A DNA stretch of 64,000 nt, taken from Phoronis australis. Taxonomy: Eukaryota; Animalia; Phoronida. Below the pieces are notes generated by a model, which searched no databases, was not told the DNA's origin, and saw only the letters and a program-made list of their open reading frames with translations. The translations under genes were made by a program, and so were the position numbers. Shown piece after piece: positions 38,501-50,500 of the stretch. Each line of letters starts with the position of its first letter. Position 1 is the stretch's first letter. Where the stretch lies: contig NMRA01000341.1 in the NCBI GenBank assembly GCA_002633005.1, positions 2,001 to 66,000 of the forward strand, given 5' to 3'.

Positions 38501-41500
38501 ACTTTGGCCATCTGGCACATTAAAATTTTGTCAATTTTTCGCCAAGACCCACAGATTCTCTAATTTGACTCGTAGATCGATTTGAAGCCCGGTAGTTGTA
38601 ACTGTGGCCGTCACCGGTCATATTCTATTTGACTCATGGGCATGAGCATGATTGTTTTTCTATCCTTGCGATTTTTCGTTAGTTACATGTTGACATTTTC
38701 ACACACAAAATGAAAGACAATTCATGATATTATTGAATAACAAATAATCCTTGCCTTTCGAGATCGGAAGCCCAAAAAATGACAATTCTGTGTTTTCGTG
38801 GATGAATTTGTGCAACTTATTGTGCTGCAAAAGGCGTCCTTCCCCATTGTTCCAGCGCTTCGTACTTGACCATTGCTTAACGGCTACTTGGCGGCGATAG
38901 TAGTTGCGATGACACCGAATTCATAAGTGAACACTCCCATTATACTGCACTCCTTGGTCTCGCCATGGAGTGTACTACAAAAGGTGTACTTGACCATTGC
39001 TTATTCGCAACTTGGCGGCGCTACTACCCTAGTGGCGACGTGTTTCAAGAACGCATGGATTCTGTCTTCGGAGAATTGCACGGAGTCAGTGGAATAGTCG
39101 ATGACACTATCCTGTATGCCAAGGATGAAGCGACCCATGACCTGAGGATGACCAACTTCCTTATAAAAGAATATCGTTAAATTAAACCTTGATAAACTCT
39201 AGTTTAAACTTAAGGAAGCCTCATGCTTTGGCTTAAGTGGACACCTGTGGGCATAAGACCAGACGAAAAGAAGACGTGTGCCTTTGCTAATATGGAACAC
39301 CCGAAGAACACCAGTGAACTTCGCTCTGAAACTACCTCAATCGGTTCTCTACCATCATAGCTCGTGTCTGTACGATTACGTCACTTGTTGTAATCGGATG
39401 CTCCGTTTCTGTGGCAAGATGAGCAGGAAACAGCCTTCGACGAGGTAAAGGACCTTTTGACAAGTTTCCCAGTGCTGAAGTACTTCGATTCCAGAAAGAC
39501 AGTGTGATTCAATCCGATGCAGTCTCAATAGACTTGGGTGTGCTTTACTCCAGGATGGGCCTGTTTACTATGCTCGTCGTTCTTTGTCTGAGACAGAAAT
39601 GAGATATAGCAACATTGAAAGAGAGCTCCTCGCAGCCTGTTAGCCATTGGAAAAACTTCACCACTTCATTTATGGCAAACGCCTAACTCTGGAAACAGAT
39701 CACAAGCCATAATTGGAAAGCATCTGGAAGAAATCTATAGTTAAAGCGTCCCCTCGATTACAGCGCCTCCTTTTGAGGATGTCTAGATACAATATAGATG
39801 AGAAGTATATCGCTGGAGTTACTAATACAGCTGCAGATACCTTATCCCATGTCAATAACATGAATATGCCGGACCCCTACCAAGCTTCAGGAGATTAGAC
39901 ACTATATGAGTTAACAGCTACCGATGTAGGACTCTCACCTCAAGGGTGTCGTGTTTAATGGTTGGCGCGAAACCATTAAAAATTGTCCTCAAGAAGTGAG
40001 GGAGTACTGGAATTTCAGGGAGGACATCAGTGTGGAAAAGGTTTACTTGTCAAGGGGCACCGGGTTACTATTCCCCCACCGAGACAAGCGTTATAGCTGA
40101 TTTTTCAGGGGCATCTTGGAGTTGAGATAAGTTTGCTGATGGTCAAAGAGGGTGTATTCTGGCCCGGTATATGCAGTTAAATAAAGCTGATGACCCAAAC
40201 CTGTCGTGTGTGCTTAGAATTCTCTAAGCAGCAAAAAATACTACTGCACGCCATACCGACATACCCCTGACAACGTGTTGGCCCAAATTTATTTGACTTC
40301 CAGGGAGCTACGTATCTGGTTGTTGCTGACTACCACAGCAAATTCCCGTTCATGAGGCTATTGGAGAATACTTCATCTAATTCAGTTATCAGTCATCTTA
40401 AGTCCAGTTTTTGCGGAAAATGGCATTCCCAAAGTGATCGTCATGGCCCGCAGTACAATTCAAAAGAGTTTGCTGAATTTTGTACGGTGTTGGGGATTAC
40501 TCATACCATCAGCTCGCGCTGTACTCTCAGAGTAACGGTTTTGCCGAAAGAATGATGCAAAACGTGAAACAGATCCTGAAAAAGACACATAAAACCGGTG
40601 AAGATTTGTATCTTGCGATGCTGAACTACCGTACTACCCCTGTTAAGAACCAGTTGCCCTCCTCGGCAACTACGCTCAATTCCAGAAGATATCGTACCCA
40701 ATTACCTTGCAGACGATCACACGGTGTCGAGGAAAGTGTGAAACAACTGCAGGTGCGCCAAGATCGCTAAACGGCGTATTACGACCAAGGAGCACGATCA
40801 AAAGAGATGCTAGACGTCCATACCTAACAGCCAGTTGTCGTTTACCAACCCAGCTCTAAGACCTGGACACCGGTTACTGTTATGAAAAAGGCTGACGAGC
40901 TACGCTCATTGAGAAAACTCCGGATGGTGGTGAATACCGTCGCAACCGCTCTATGATCAAACCGTTGGAGTCGTCGTCATATTGTCCTGTCCCAGACTCC
41001 GAACCCGTTCAAGAGCTACCTCTGGCACCCAGCACGCCTATAAATACTAGCAGTCAGCCGACTGCCCACCGCACCAGGAGCAACCGTGAGTTTCATCCAC
41101 CCAAACGATGTATGGACTAGTGTGTTATCGTGTTTTACCTTTAACTGACCCTTGGTCTTATTGTTAAGCTTCAGTAACCTTGATATTAGTCTAGTTCTTG
41201 CTGTTTAGCTTTAGTGACAATGCCTGCTATTGCCTAGGTACATCTTTATTATTCGTTTGGTCACTGTTATGGCACACATGGGCCTATCGTTTGGTCACTG
41301 TTATGGCACACATGAGCCTATCGTTTGGTCACTGTTATGGCACACATGGGCCTATCGTTTGATCAATGAACATTGAACCTTGATTACTTGTCTGATTTTT
41401 CCGATTTGGTTCAGCCCTCAGGATGACAACTGTTGGCGGGCCCCAGGAGATAACTCTCCACCCAGGGCATTATGAAACGTCTGAAGTAGAAATTTATGAA

Positions 41501-44500
41501 ACAAATCACGTTAAAAATTACTGTGATCAACGGGAATGTAGCAGAACTGCTGAATGTTGGAATTTTGTCAGTAATTACGGGAACATATTCATCAGCATAC
41601 ATATTCCGAACGATGTCAAAATTGAAACTCGTATTCTGGAAAATCTTTTCAGTTCTGCTGATATCCATGACAATCAATGCAAGCATCAGGAAATATTTTT
41701 AAATTTTAAAATTAAATGTATTACCTGAAATTGTTTTCACAAGGGTGATTTTTGTGGTTTAAATATAAGTCTAACTTTCTGTTGCCAAATGATCGCTACT
41801 AAATACAGCTGCTTATACAATACTACCGTTTTTTTTTTGAAATTCCGCGCACTTTTCATCGTAAAAAGGGTCAGCACAGACGGATAGTTTCGAGCTGTTT
41901 GCCTCAAGTGACCCATAACTTTAAGGTGTGAAAATACGACAACAATTGAATGGGCTAGCCGCTAGTTCATTCGCTATACTCTCGCCTTGGCCTGAGCTAT
42001 AGTTCACTTGAGATCAGTAGCTCACCTCGTAGCTGTCCGTCTGCGCTAGCCCTTAAAAACGAAATGTGTCAAATGCGAAACAAGATGAAAATGTCTGTCA
42101 TTGGTAGCTAATAATTCTTGCTGCTAAGTCAGATGTATGTTAAATAACTTTTTGAGAATCAAATGCTTTCCAATTATACCGATGATCTATAAAAATTTTG
42201 CAAATTGAGAGATGATATTGTTGTTAGTTAGTTTGGTAATATAATTCTGTTTACAAATAATTTAAAATGTTTGAACATTTGACTCCAAATTTCATCATCA
42301 TGAAACGCGCATAAATTCAGAAGTTACTCTTAAATTTGCATTTAATATAAAACATAAAAACAAGTGTTTTGTGACTTACTGCAACCTCTGGAAATGGCAT
42401 TTAATTGTTTTATTCTACAATCCCCTCTCACCCTAATGCTCACAAGAGTGTTTTTTTGGTGTTTATGTTGCCTTACTGGCCACGTCTAGCAAGCACATTA
42501 CATCTACACTTCGTGATATTGACGTTGTGTTGAAGGAATTAGGCATGCAGGTCTAACTCATTGAGTACACTTAGAACATTTAGATCTCATATTAGCTACA
42601 TGTAACTTCAGGAAACCCGATATGTATGACATTTCTGAATATGCTATTACAATGATAAGTGTGATTTTTAAAATAATTCGTACCGAGTAGTACGCCAGGC
42701 GTTTGTGAAAGTCAGTGTTCTTGTAAATACAAGTCAACCACGCAGTCTTTGAAGAAGTGTGCGATCGTCCTCGAAGAACATGGAGTATCAAATGTGTCCG
42801 TTTTATCACTTAACATACCACGTAGATAAATTAAACTTATGCATGCTCCCAGCTGTTTTGTAAAAGAAACACAGGCAGACAGTGCCATCATTTGCCTGGG
42901 TGCTTGGATAGACGAAAGTTTGATAAGAAAAGAAAAAATCCATGTCAAGTGAAAGAAAATTTCTGAGCGTATTGGAGCGTATTGTCATTCAAGCTTTAGA
43001 ATTTTTAGATTTAAGGTCTGGTTCTTCCAATTTTTGTCCACTGCAGCATTATTGGATAGATTCCAAATCCTAAATGTCACGACTGGCAGAGTAATTTTGG
43101 CAATGCGCGGTCAAAGTGTCGGAGTCAGGTATTTTACTGATATCACAATACTGGACTTCAGCTGTACGCAGACCATTCGCACCGTTGCAACATATACAAT
43201 TTGACTAAAAAAGATCTCTACACAGACATGCAACAAGAAATAGTATCAATTCTTAAACTTCGGTCCCCAAAGGTCAACGATAATTTGCATATCGTGAATC
43301 AGTCTCGTTCCAAGCCTCAAGATGCTACTGATCGGTTCAGCCATTTGAGGCTTGGTTGTGAGAAATGAAATGTCTCAGAATTTTGCCACATTTTTACGGA
43401 AATTGCCGGAATATTACAAGTAATATAATTTTTGAAAATTTCTGCAGTTTTCTCCATGAAAATATGAAGATATTGAAACCAAGGAGTTGCGCAGACTAGA
43501 AAAACTTGCGGTCAGAGAGCAGAAGGCTAATCAGGACATCAATTTTCTTAAGAACTGTCGGGCTCTTGGAGTGTTCCCTAAATTCTTATGCTTTCGTTTA
43601 CCCAATACATCACCTCATGATGTTCATGCCATCAGGAAAAGACTTCTCAGGAGCGCTATCACAAAAAGGGAAAAAGAAGCAAGAACTATACGGCGAGATA
43701 AGAACAAACTATTAGAAACACTAAATAAATCAATGACACCCATCGACATCTGTATCCTGAACCGACGTATTTCCCGTAATGTTGAAAAGGCAAGAATCAG
43801 AACCATCAAAGTGCATGAAAATAAGCTCAAGAAGCTGACCCGTAACACGGTATTGCCTTTCACTCCCGATGAGGTCATCNNNNNNNNNNNNNNNNNNNNN
43901 NNNNNNNNNNNNNNNNNNNNNNNNNNNNNNNNNNNNNNNNNNNNNNNNNNNNNNNNNNNNNNNNNNNNNNNNNNNNNNNNNNNNNNNNNNNNNNNNNNNN
44001 NNNNNNNNNNNNNNNNNNNNNNNNNNNNNNNNNNNNNNNNNNNNNNNNNNNNNNNNNNNNNNNNNNNNNNNGTATACAAATTTATCTGTGCTGGATGTGG
44101 CTCCAGTTATATAGGCGAAACTGTTCGCCATTTGAAAACCAGGACCAAGGAACATCTAAATTCTGACAGTAATTCACATGTAAATATTCACCTGCAGAGC
44201 TCCAATCATTGTTATCAGCAGTGCTCTTTCAATGACTTTGCAATAATAGACCAGGCAGTAACAACAAAGGAGCTTAAAATTCGTGAGGCTTTACATATCA
44301 GTTGGTGCAAGCCCAATCTCAATAGGCAACTGACACACCACAGGTTGTCATTGTTGGTGTAGTTCATTGTCACTCCCTGTAACTGACTCTATCTGTGCTT
44401 CATTACTTGTTGCTGGGCCTAGCTAGGTGGCCACTGTATTATGACTTCTGAGGATGGTGTTTAATAAATGACACCGAAACATGTCAAGTTTTAAAACCGT

Positions 44501-47500
44501 TGTTGTTTTCGTGAACATATTCTGCAGTTTTATATAAAAAATGAAAACCAACGGTATATTGCAGCAATTTAGGTCTAAATTATTGCAAAAATCACGTATT
44601 TTGATTCGAAAACACATTAATTTCTATGATACTATTAATAAAATAGAAGTGAAATTAAGTACGCGAACAACCTTTATCTCAAACAATAACCGAAACAATG
44701 CCCTACTGCTTCATGAATAGCAACAACAACGACTGTGAAATGATTAAAATCAGCCTTTGTTTTAATGACGTCAAGGCAGCGGCCAATCATTGCGCAGAAG
44801 GTAATTCACATACATGTAACCAAGCGTCAAATGGCTAAACCGATCAGCGTCATTTTGAGGCTTGGGGACGAGGCTGATCGTGAATCACTCTTTACAATGA
44901 ACAAACTTGATTAAATCTCAACAGCAACAACTAAGTTGAAAATGAAATATATTGTCGCCGCGTCAAAAATTTGTTGAAATTCCCTACACGTCATTCAGTG
45001 TCTATGTCCTCCGGTATTGATGTCACCGACGTAACGTAAATCGGTAAATCTGGAAAAATAATTAAAAGCCGCTTAAACACAAAACTGATATCGAACAATG
45101 AATTAAATCCGTCTTCTTAAGGGTTTCAATTGTTAATTTAATTAGAGTTGACTTTTCACTGAAACATGTAAGTTTCGCATTTTTGCTTTGTTTCTGTAAC
45201 GGCGACCGCCCAAACATTTTTCAAATTTGTAAAATGCAAAGAACAAAATACAAAAAATAGAAGATAATTTAATATTAATAATTTAAAAATAATTTAGAAA
45301 TGTTGAAGAGTCATAAATCCGTGGGTTCTGTCAAAAAGCACTTTGGAAAAATGTGCATAAACCGTACTATCTAAAAGTTTGACACGAATCTGTCTCCGCT
45401 TTTCGGTTACTAATACAGTTCTAACTTGTAAGAGTGTGAGAAGTGTGACCCCCCGGCCAATAACTCATTTACGCAGGTAAACTACGAAAATGTTGAGCAT
45501 GGACAGAAAAAAATACGCAGAGAGGTTCATTAAAATGAGAGTTATAAAATTTCATTGAGGTATTCTGCGTAAACTAAGGAAACTATTTCATTTTTTGCGA
45601 GAAACACCACATCGAAAACAAGTTCACGGATATCACTGCAGGAACATTGAGTCTCGCGCTGTACGCACGAGGATTTCTGACTAATTAGGCCCAGAATAAA
45701 ACATTTAAACAGATATCTACTGAATATTTACGAACCAGTATTGTCTGTGAGAAAATAGTTGGTAATGTATTTTTTTGTAATTGGGTGATTGATCTCGTCC
45801 ATTTATTGCGTTAAGCAATGGCACTATATTACTGTGCAGTATATTGCTGTGCGCCATAATTTTGTGCACTATATTATTGTGCACTATGTTACTATACAAT
45901 GTATTACTGTGCACCACATTATCATCCACTACATTTTTGTGCACTATATTCCGTGCACTATATTTTTCTGCACTATATACTGTGCGTTGTATTATTATGC
46001 ACTTTATTACTGTACGATGTATCATTGTACGCTACATTAACGTGCCCTGTATTCTTGTGCACAATATTATCGTGCATTAAATTATTGTGCACTACATTAT
46101 TGTGCCCAGTATTTCTGCATAGTATTTTATTGTACAATATTTAATTGTGCACTATCTCGCTGTACAACATTATATTGTTCACCTCGTTTTTGTGCACCAT
46201 GCTATTTGTACAATATACATGTATCACTGTGCACTTTATTATTATGTAATATATTACGGTACAGTATGTTATCGTACATTACATTCTTGTGCATTATATT
46301 ATTGCTCATTATATTAATTTGCACTACATTATTGTGTATTGTATTGTATTGTATTATTGTGACTATATTGTTGTGCGCTATAATTTTGCAGTACATTATT
46401 GTGCACTATATTACTGCATTATTTATTGCATTGTTGAACAATATATACTTGTGCACTATATTACTGTGCACTGTATTTTCGTTTTCTATAATTTTATGCA
46501 ATACGTTATTGTTGCTTTTACTGTATTGTGTGTGTTTGGCCTGTTGAAGTCATGTTGGTTTTATTATATTGTGTGTGCTTGACCTGATTAATAGTTGTGT
46601 TGATTTTATTTGATTGTGTGTGTCTGGCCTAATGAATAGTTGTGTTCGTTTTATTATATTGAGTGTGTCTGACTTGTTGTATAGTTGAATTGGTTTTGTT
46701 ATATTGTGTGTGTCTGACCTGAAGAATAGTTGAATTGGTTTTATTATATTGTGAGTGTCTGACCTGCTGAATCTTTGTGTTGGTTTATTGTATTTTATGT
46801 GTCTGGCCTGTTGACTAGTTGTATTGGTTGTATTATATAGTGTGTGCTTCACCTATATTGATGAGTACTGTTGGTTTTATTATATTTTGTGTGTCTGGCC
46901 CGTTGAATAGTTGTGTTGGTTTTAATACATTGTGTGTGCCTGACCTGTTGAATAGTTCTGTTGGTTTTATAATATTGTGTGTGCCTGACCTGTTGAATAG
47001 TTCTGTTGGTTTTTTATAATATTGTGTGTGCCTGACCTGTTGAATAGTTCTGTTGGTTTTATAGTATTGGGTGTGCCTGACCTGTTGAATAGTTCTGTTG
47101 GTTTTATAATATTGGGTGCGTCTGACTTGTTGAATAGTTGAATTGGTTTTATTATATTGTTGTGTCTGACTAGTTGAATAACTCTATTGGACTTATTATA
47201 TTATGTGTGTCTGGCCTGTTGAATAGTTGTGTTGGTTTTATAATATTGTTGTGTCTGACTAGTTGAATAACTCTATTGGACTTATTATATTATGTGTGTC
47301 TGGCCTCTTGAATAGTTGTGTTGGTTTTATAATATTGTTGTGTCTGACTAGTTGAATAACTCTATTGGACTTATTATATTATGTGTGTCTGACCTGTTGA
47401 ATAGTTGTGTTGGTTTTATTATATTGTGTGTGTCTGACCTGTTGAATAGTTGTATTGGTTTTATTATATTATGTGTCTAGCCTGTTGAATAGTTGTGCTG

Positions 47501-50500
47501 GCTTCATTATATCGAGTGTGTCTGACTTGTTGAATAGTTGTGTTGGTGTAATTATATCGTGTGTGTCTGATCTGGTAAATAGTTGTATTGGTTTTATTTT
47601 ATTTTGTGTGTTTGGCCTGATGAATAGTTGAATTGGTTTTATTACATGGTGTGCGTCTGACCTGTTGAATAGGTGTGTTGGTTTTATTATGTTGAGAGGT
47701 GTGTCTGACCAGTTGAATAGTCGTGTCGGTTCTATTATCTTGTTTGTCTGGCCTGTTGAATAGTTGTGTTGGTTTTATTATATTGTGAGTGTGACTGAGC
47801 TGTACAAATGTAACGATCGTGTTGTGTTATAGTGTCTTTCTGGAAGTTATTTGTTTGCATGTTTTTTGCTTACCCACGTTCTTCACTGTTGTCACAAATG
47901 CATGTACCCAAAATGAGTTGTTAAACAATCGCTGCTTTGTGCCATGTTCAGTTTGGCCAGTTGCTCATGTCGCTGATTTTTCTGACAAGAGAGGAAGATT
48001 TTAAAAACCTGGCGAGTAGATATCCCCATGCTATCAATGAGCCATGCACTGTCAATGCATGGCACTGATCAGCCATGCATTCTCAATGTACATGTATGAC
48101 ACCGGTGAGCCATGCACTCTCGATGCATGGGAGTAATGTGCCTTGCGCTCTCAATGCATGGCACTAATGAGGCATGCACTCTCAATACATGACACTAATG
48201 AGCCATGCACTCTCTCTGCATGGCACTGATGAGCCATGTACTCTCAATACATGACACTAATGAGCCATGCACTCTCAATGCATGGCATTAATGAGCCTTA
48301 CGCTCTCAGTGCATGGCACTAATACGGCATACACTTTCACTCCATGGCACAAATGAGCCATGCACTGTCAATGCATGTCACTAATGAGCCATGCACTCTC
48401 TCTGCATGGCACTGATGAGCCATGCACTCTCTCTGCATGGCACTGATGAGCCATGCACTCTCAATACATGACACTAATGAGCCATGCACTCTCAATGCAT
48501 GGCATTAATGAGCCTTACGCTCTCAATGCATGTCACTTATGAGCCATGCACTCTCTCTCTGCATGGCACTGATGAGCCATGCACTCTCAATACATGACAC
48601 TAATGAGCCATGCACTCTCAATGCGTGGCATTAATGAGCCATGCACTCTCAATACATGGCATTAATGAGCCATGCACTCTCAATGCATGGCATTAATGAG
48701 CCTTACGCTCCCAATGCATGGCACTAATACGGCATACACTTTCACTACATGGCACAAATGATCCATGCACTGTCAATGCATGGCGCTAATGAGCCATGCG
48801 CTCTCTCTGCATGGCACTAATGAGCCATGCACTCTCAATGCATGGCATTAATGAGCCTTACGCTCTAAGTGCATGGCACTAATACGGCATACACTTTCAT
48901 TCCATGGCACTGATGAGCCATGCACTCTCTCTGCATGGCACTGATGAGCCATGCACTCTCAATACATGACACTAATGAGCCATGCACTCTCAATGCATGG
49001 CATTAATGAGCCTTACGCTCTCAATGCATGTCACTTATGAGCCATGCACTCTCTCTCTGCATGGCACTGATGAGCCATGCACTCTCAATACATGACACTA
49101 ATGAGCCAAGCACTCTCAATGCATGGCATTAATGAGCCATGCACTCTCAATACATGGCATTAATGAGCCATGCACTCTCAATGCATGGCATTAATGAGCC
49201 TTACGCTCCCAATGCATGGCACTAATACGGCATACACTTTCAGTACATGGCACAAATGAGCCATGCACTGTCAATGCATGGCACTAATGAGCCATGCGCT
49301 CTCAATCCATGGCACTAATGAGCCATGCGCTGCCAATGCATGGCATTAATGAGCCATGAGCTCTCAAGCCATGGTACTAATGAGGCATGCACTCTCAATC
49401 CATGGCAGCAATGGTCGAGCCTTGCGCTCTCAATGCATGACACCAAATTGGGTGAAAGTAAACAATCAAAAGAACATTTGCTTAATCTTGAAACTCAAAA
49501 AACCATTATCTGAATGATTCCACGTAAAAAATGAAACTATAAAGATTTGATTTCAGCACCGCTCAAACTGAACGAAATTTTGATTTAACCCCTGTCAAAT
49601 ATATTCGACCGATTCTCATAATTTGATATTTTGCTATTTTCGATAAGCAACTGTCTGTTATTTTCAAGCTAATGAAATTTCACATTAAAATGATTTACTG
49701 CTGATAATGACGTGTACTTCCTGGTTTCTATTACTTTAGGTGCCAGCAGCGGTATTGGAAAAGCGACTGCGTTTGAGTTAGCGAAAAGAGGTGGTCGGAT
49801 TATCCTTGCTTGTCGAGATCGGGCTAAGACGGAGCCAGTAGTGAAGAAGATTGTAAAAGAGACAGGAAACCAGAACGTTGAGTTCAGACTGCTGGATCTA
49901 GCTTGTCAACGATCCATACGAGATTTCGCGAGAGAATTTATGGAAAACGAAGCCCGGCTTGATATACTGATTAACAATGCAGGTGATTCCAACTTTGGAA
50001 GCATTTTAGAAAATTAAGCTGACTTTTAACGATGCATTTTCATCGCGTGTCGAATCCATATTTGCCAGTGACTGTGTTTTATATCCCGTTCACAACCTGC
50101 CTAACACGCTAGCTTTTTCGCTAGCTCATTTCTAAGACATGTAGCAAAACGCTAATAATGTGAATGGCTAGCATTTTTAAGTAATAAATATCAATCTGAA
50201 AATTTCTGCTTCAACCATCACTCGAATCCGGGACCTCTTGATTCCCGGTTGGGGAAGAAATCTTTTCAGACCTGTGTTTATAAGGTCACATGATGTGGCG
50301 TACTGACCTGACTTAGAAACGTTGGAATTTTCAGCAGCATCTTTGTAGCCGGAATGCTTACGCGCGCAGGTATAAACGGCCTTAGTTTATCGTAGCATTA
50401 GTCGATTTACGGCGGAGATGAATGAAAATGTTTGGATATCAATTTTGCTTTAAAAAGATTCGGGTGATGAGGAAACAAACTAACGGTTGGCGGAAATGAC

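Larger units (their letters stand above)
43300..44876. mobile_element. Non-autonomous DNA transposon with ~55-bp self-complementary TIRs and 9-bp TSD (AcademH-like termini)
   Basis: cagtctcgttccaagcctcaa ... ttgaggcttggggacgaggctg, flanked by atcgtgaat at 43291-43299 and 44877-44885. Confidence 0.75.

Noticed and set aside
41411-41728. Overlapping ~100-aa ORFs as a nested gene exon
   Set aside because: No recognisable motif and no partner exons that I could identify
48035-49443. Hairpin repeat as a CRISPR array, complete hammerhead or tRNA anticodon arms
   Set aside because: No variable spacers, no GAAA...UH half of the ribozyme core, no other tRNA arms
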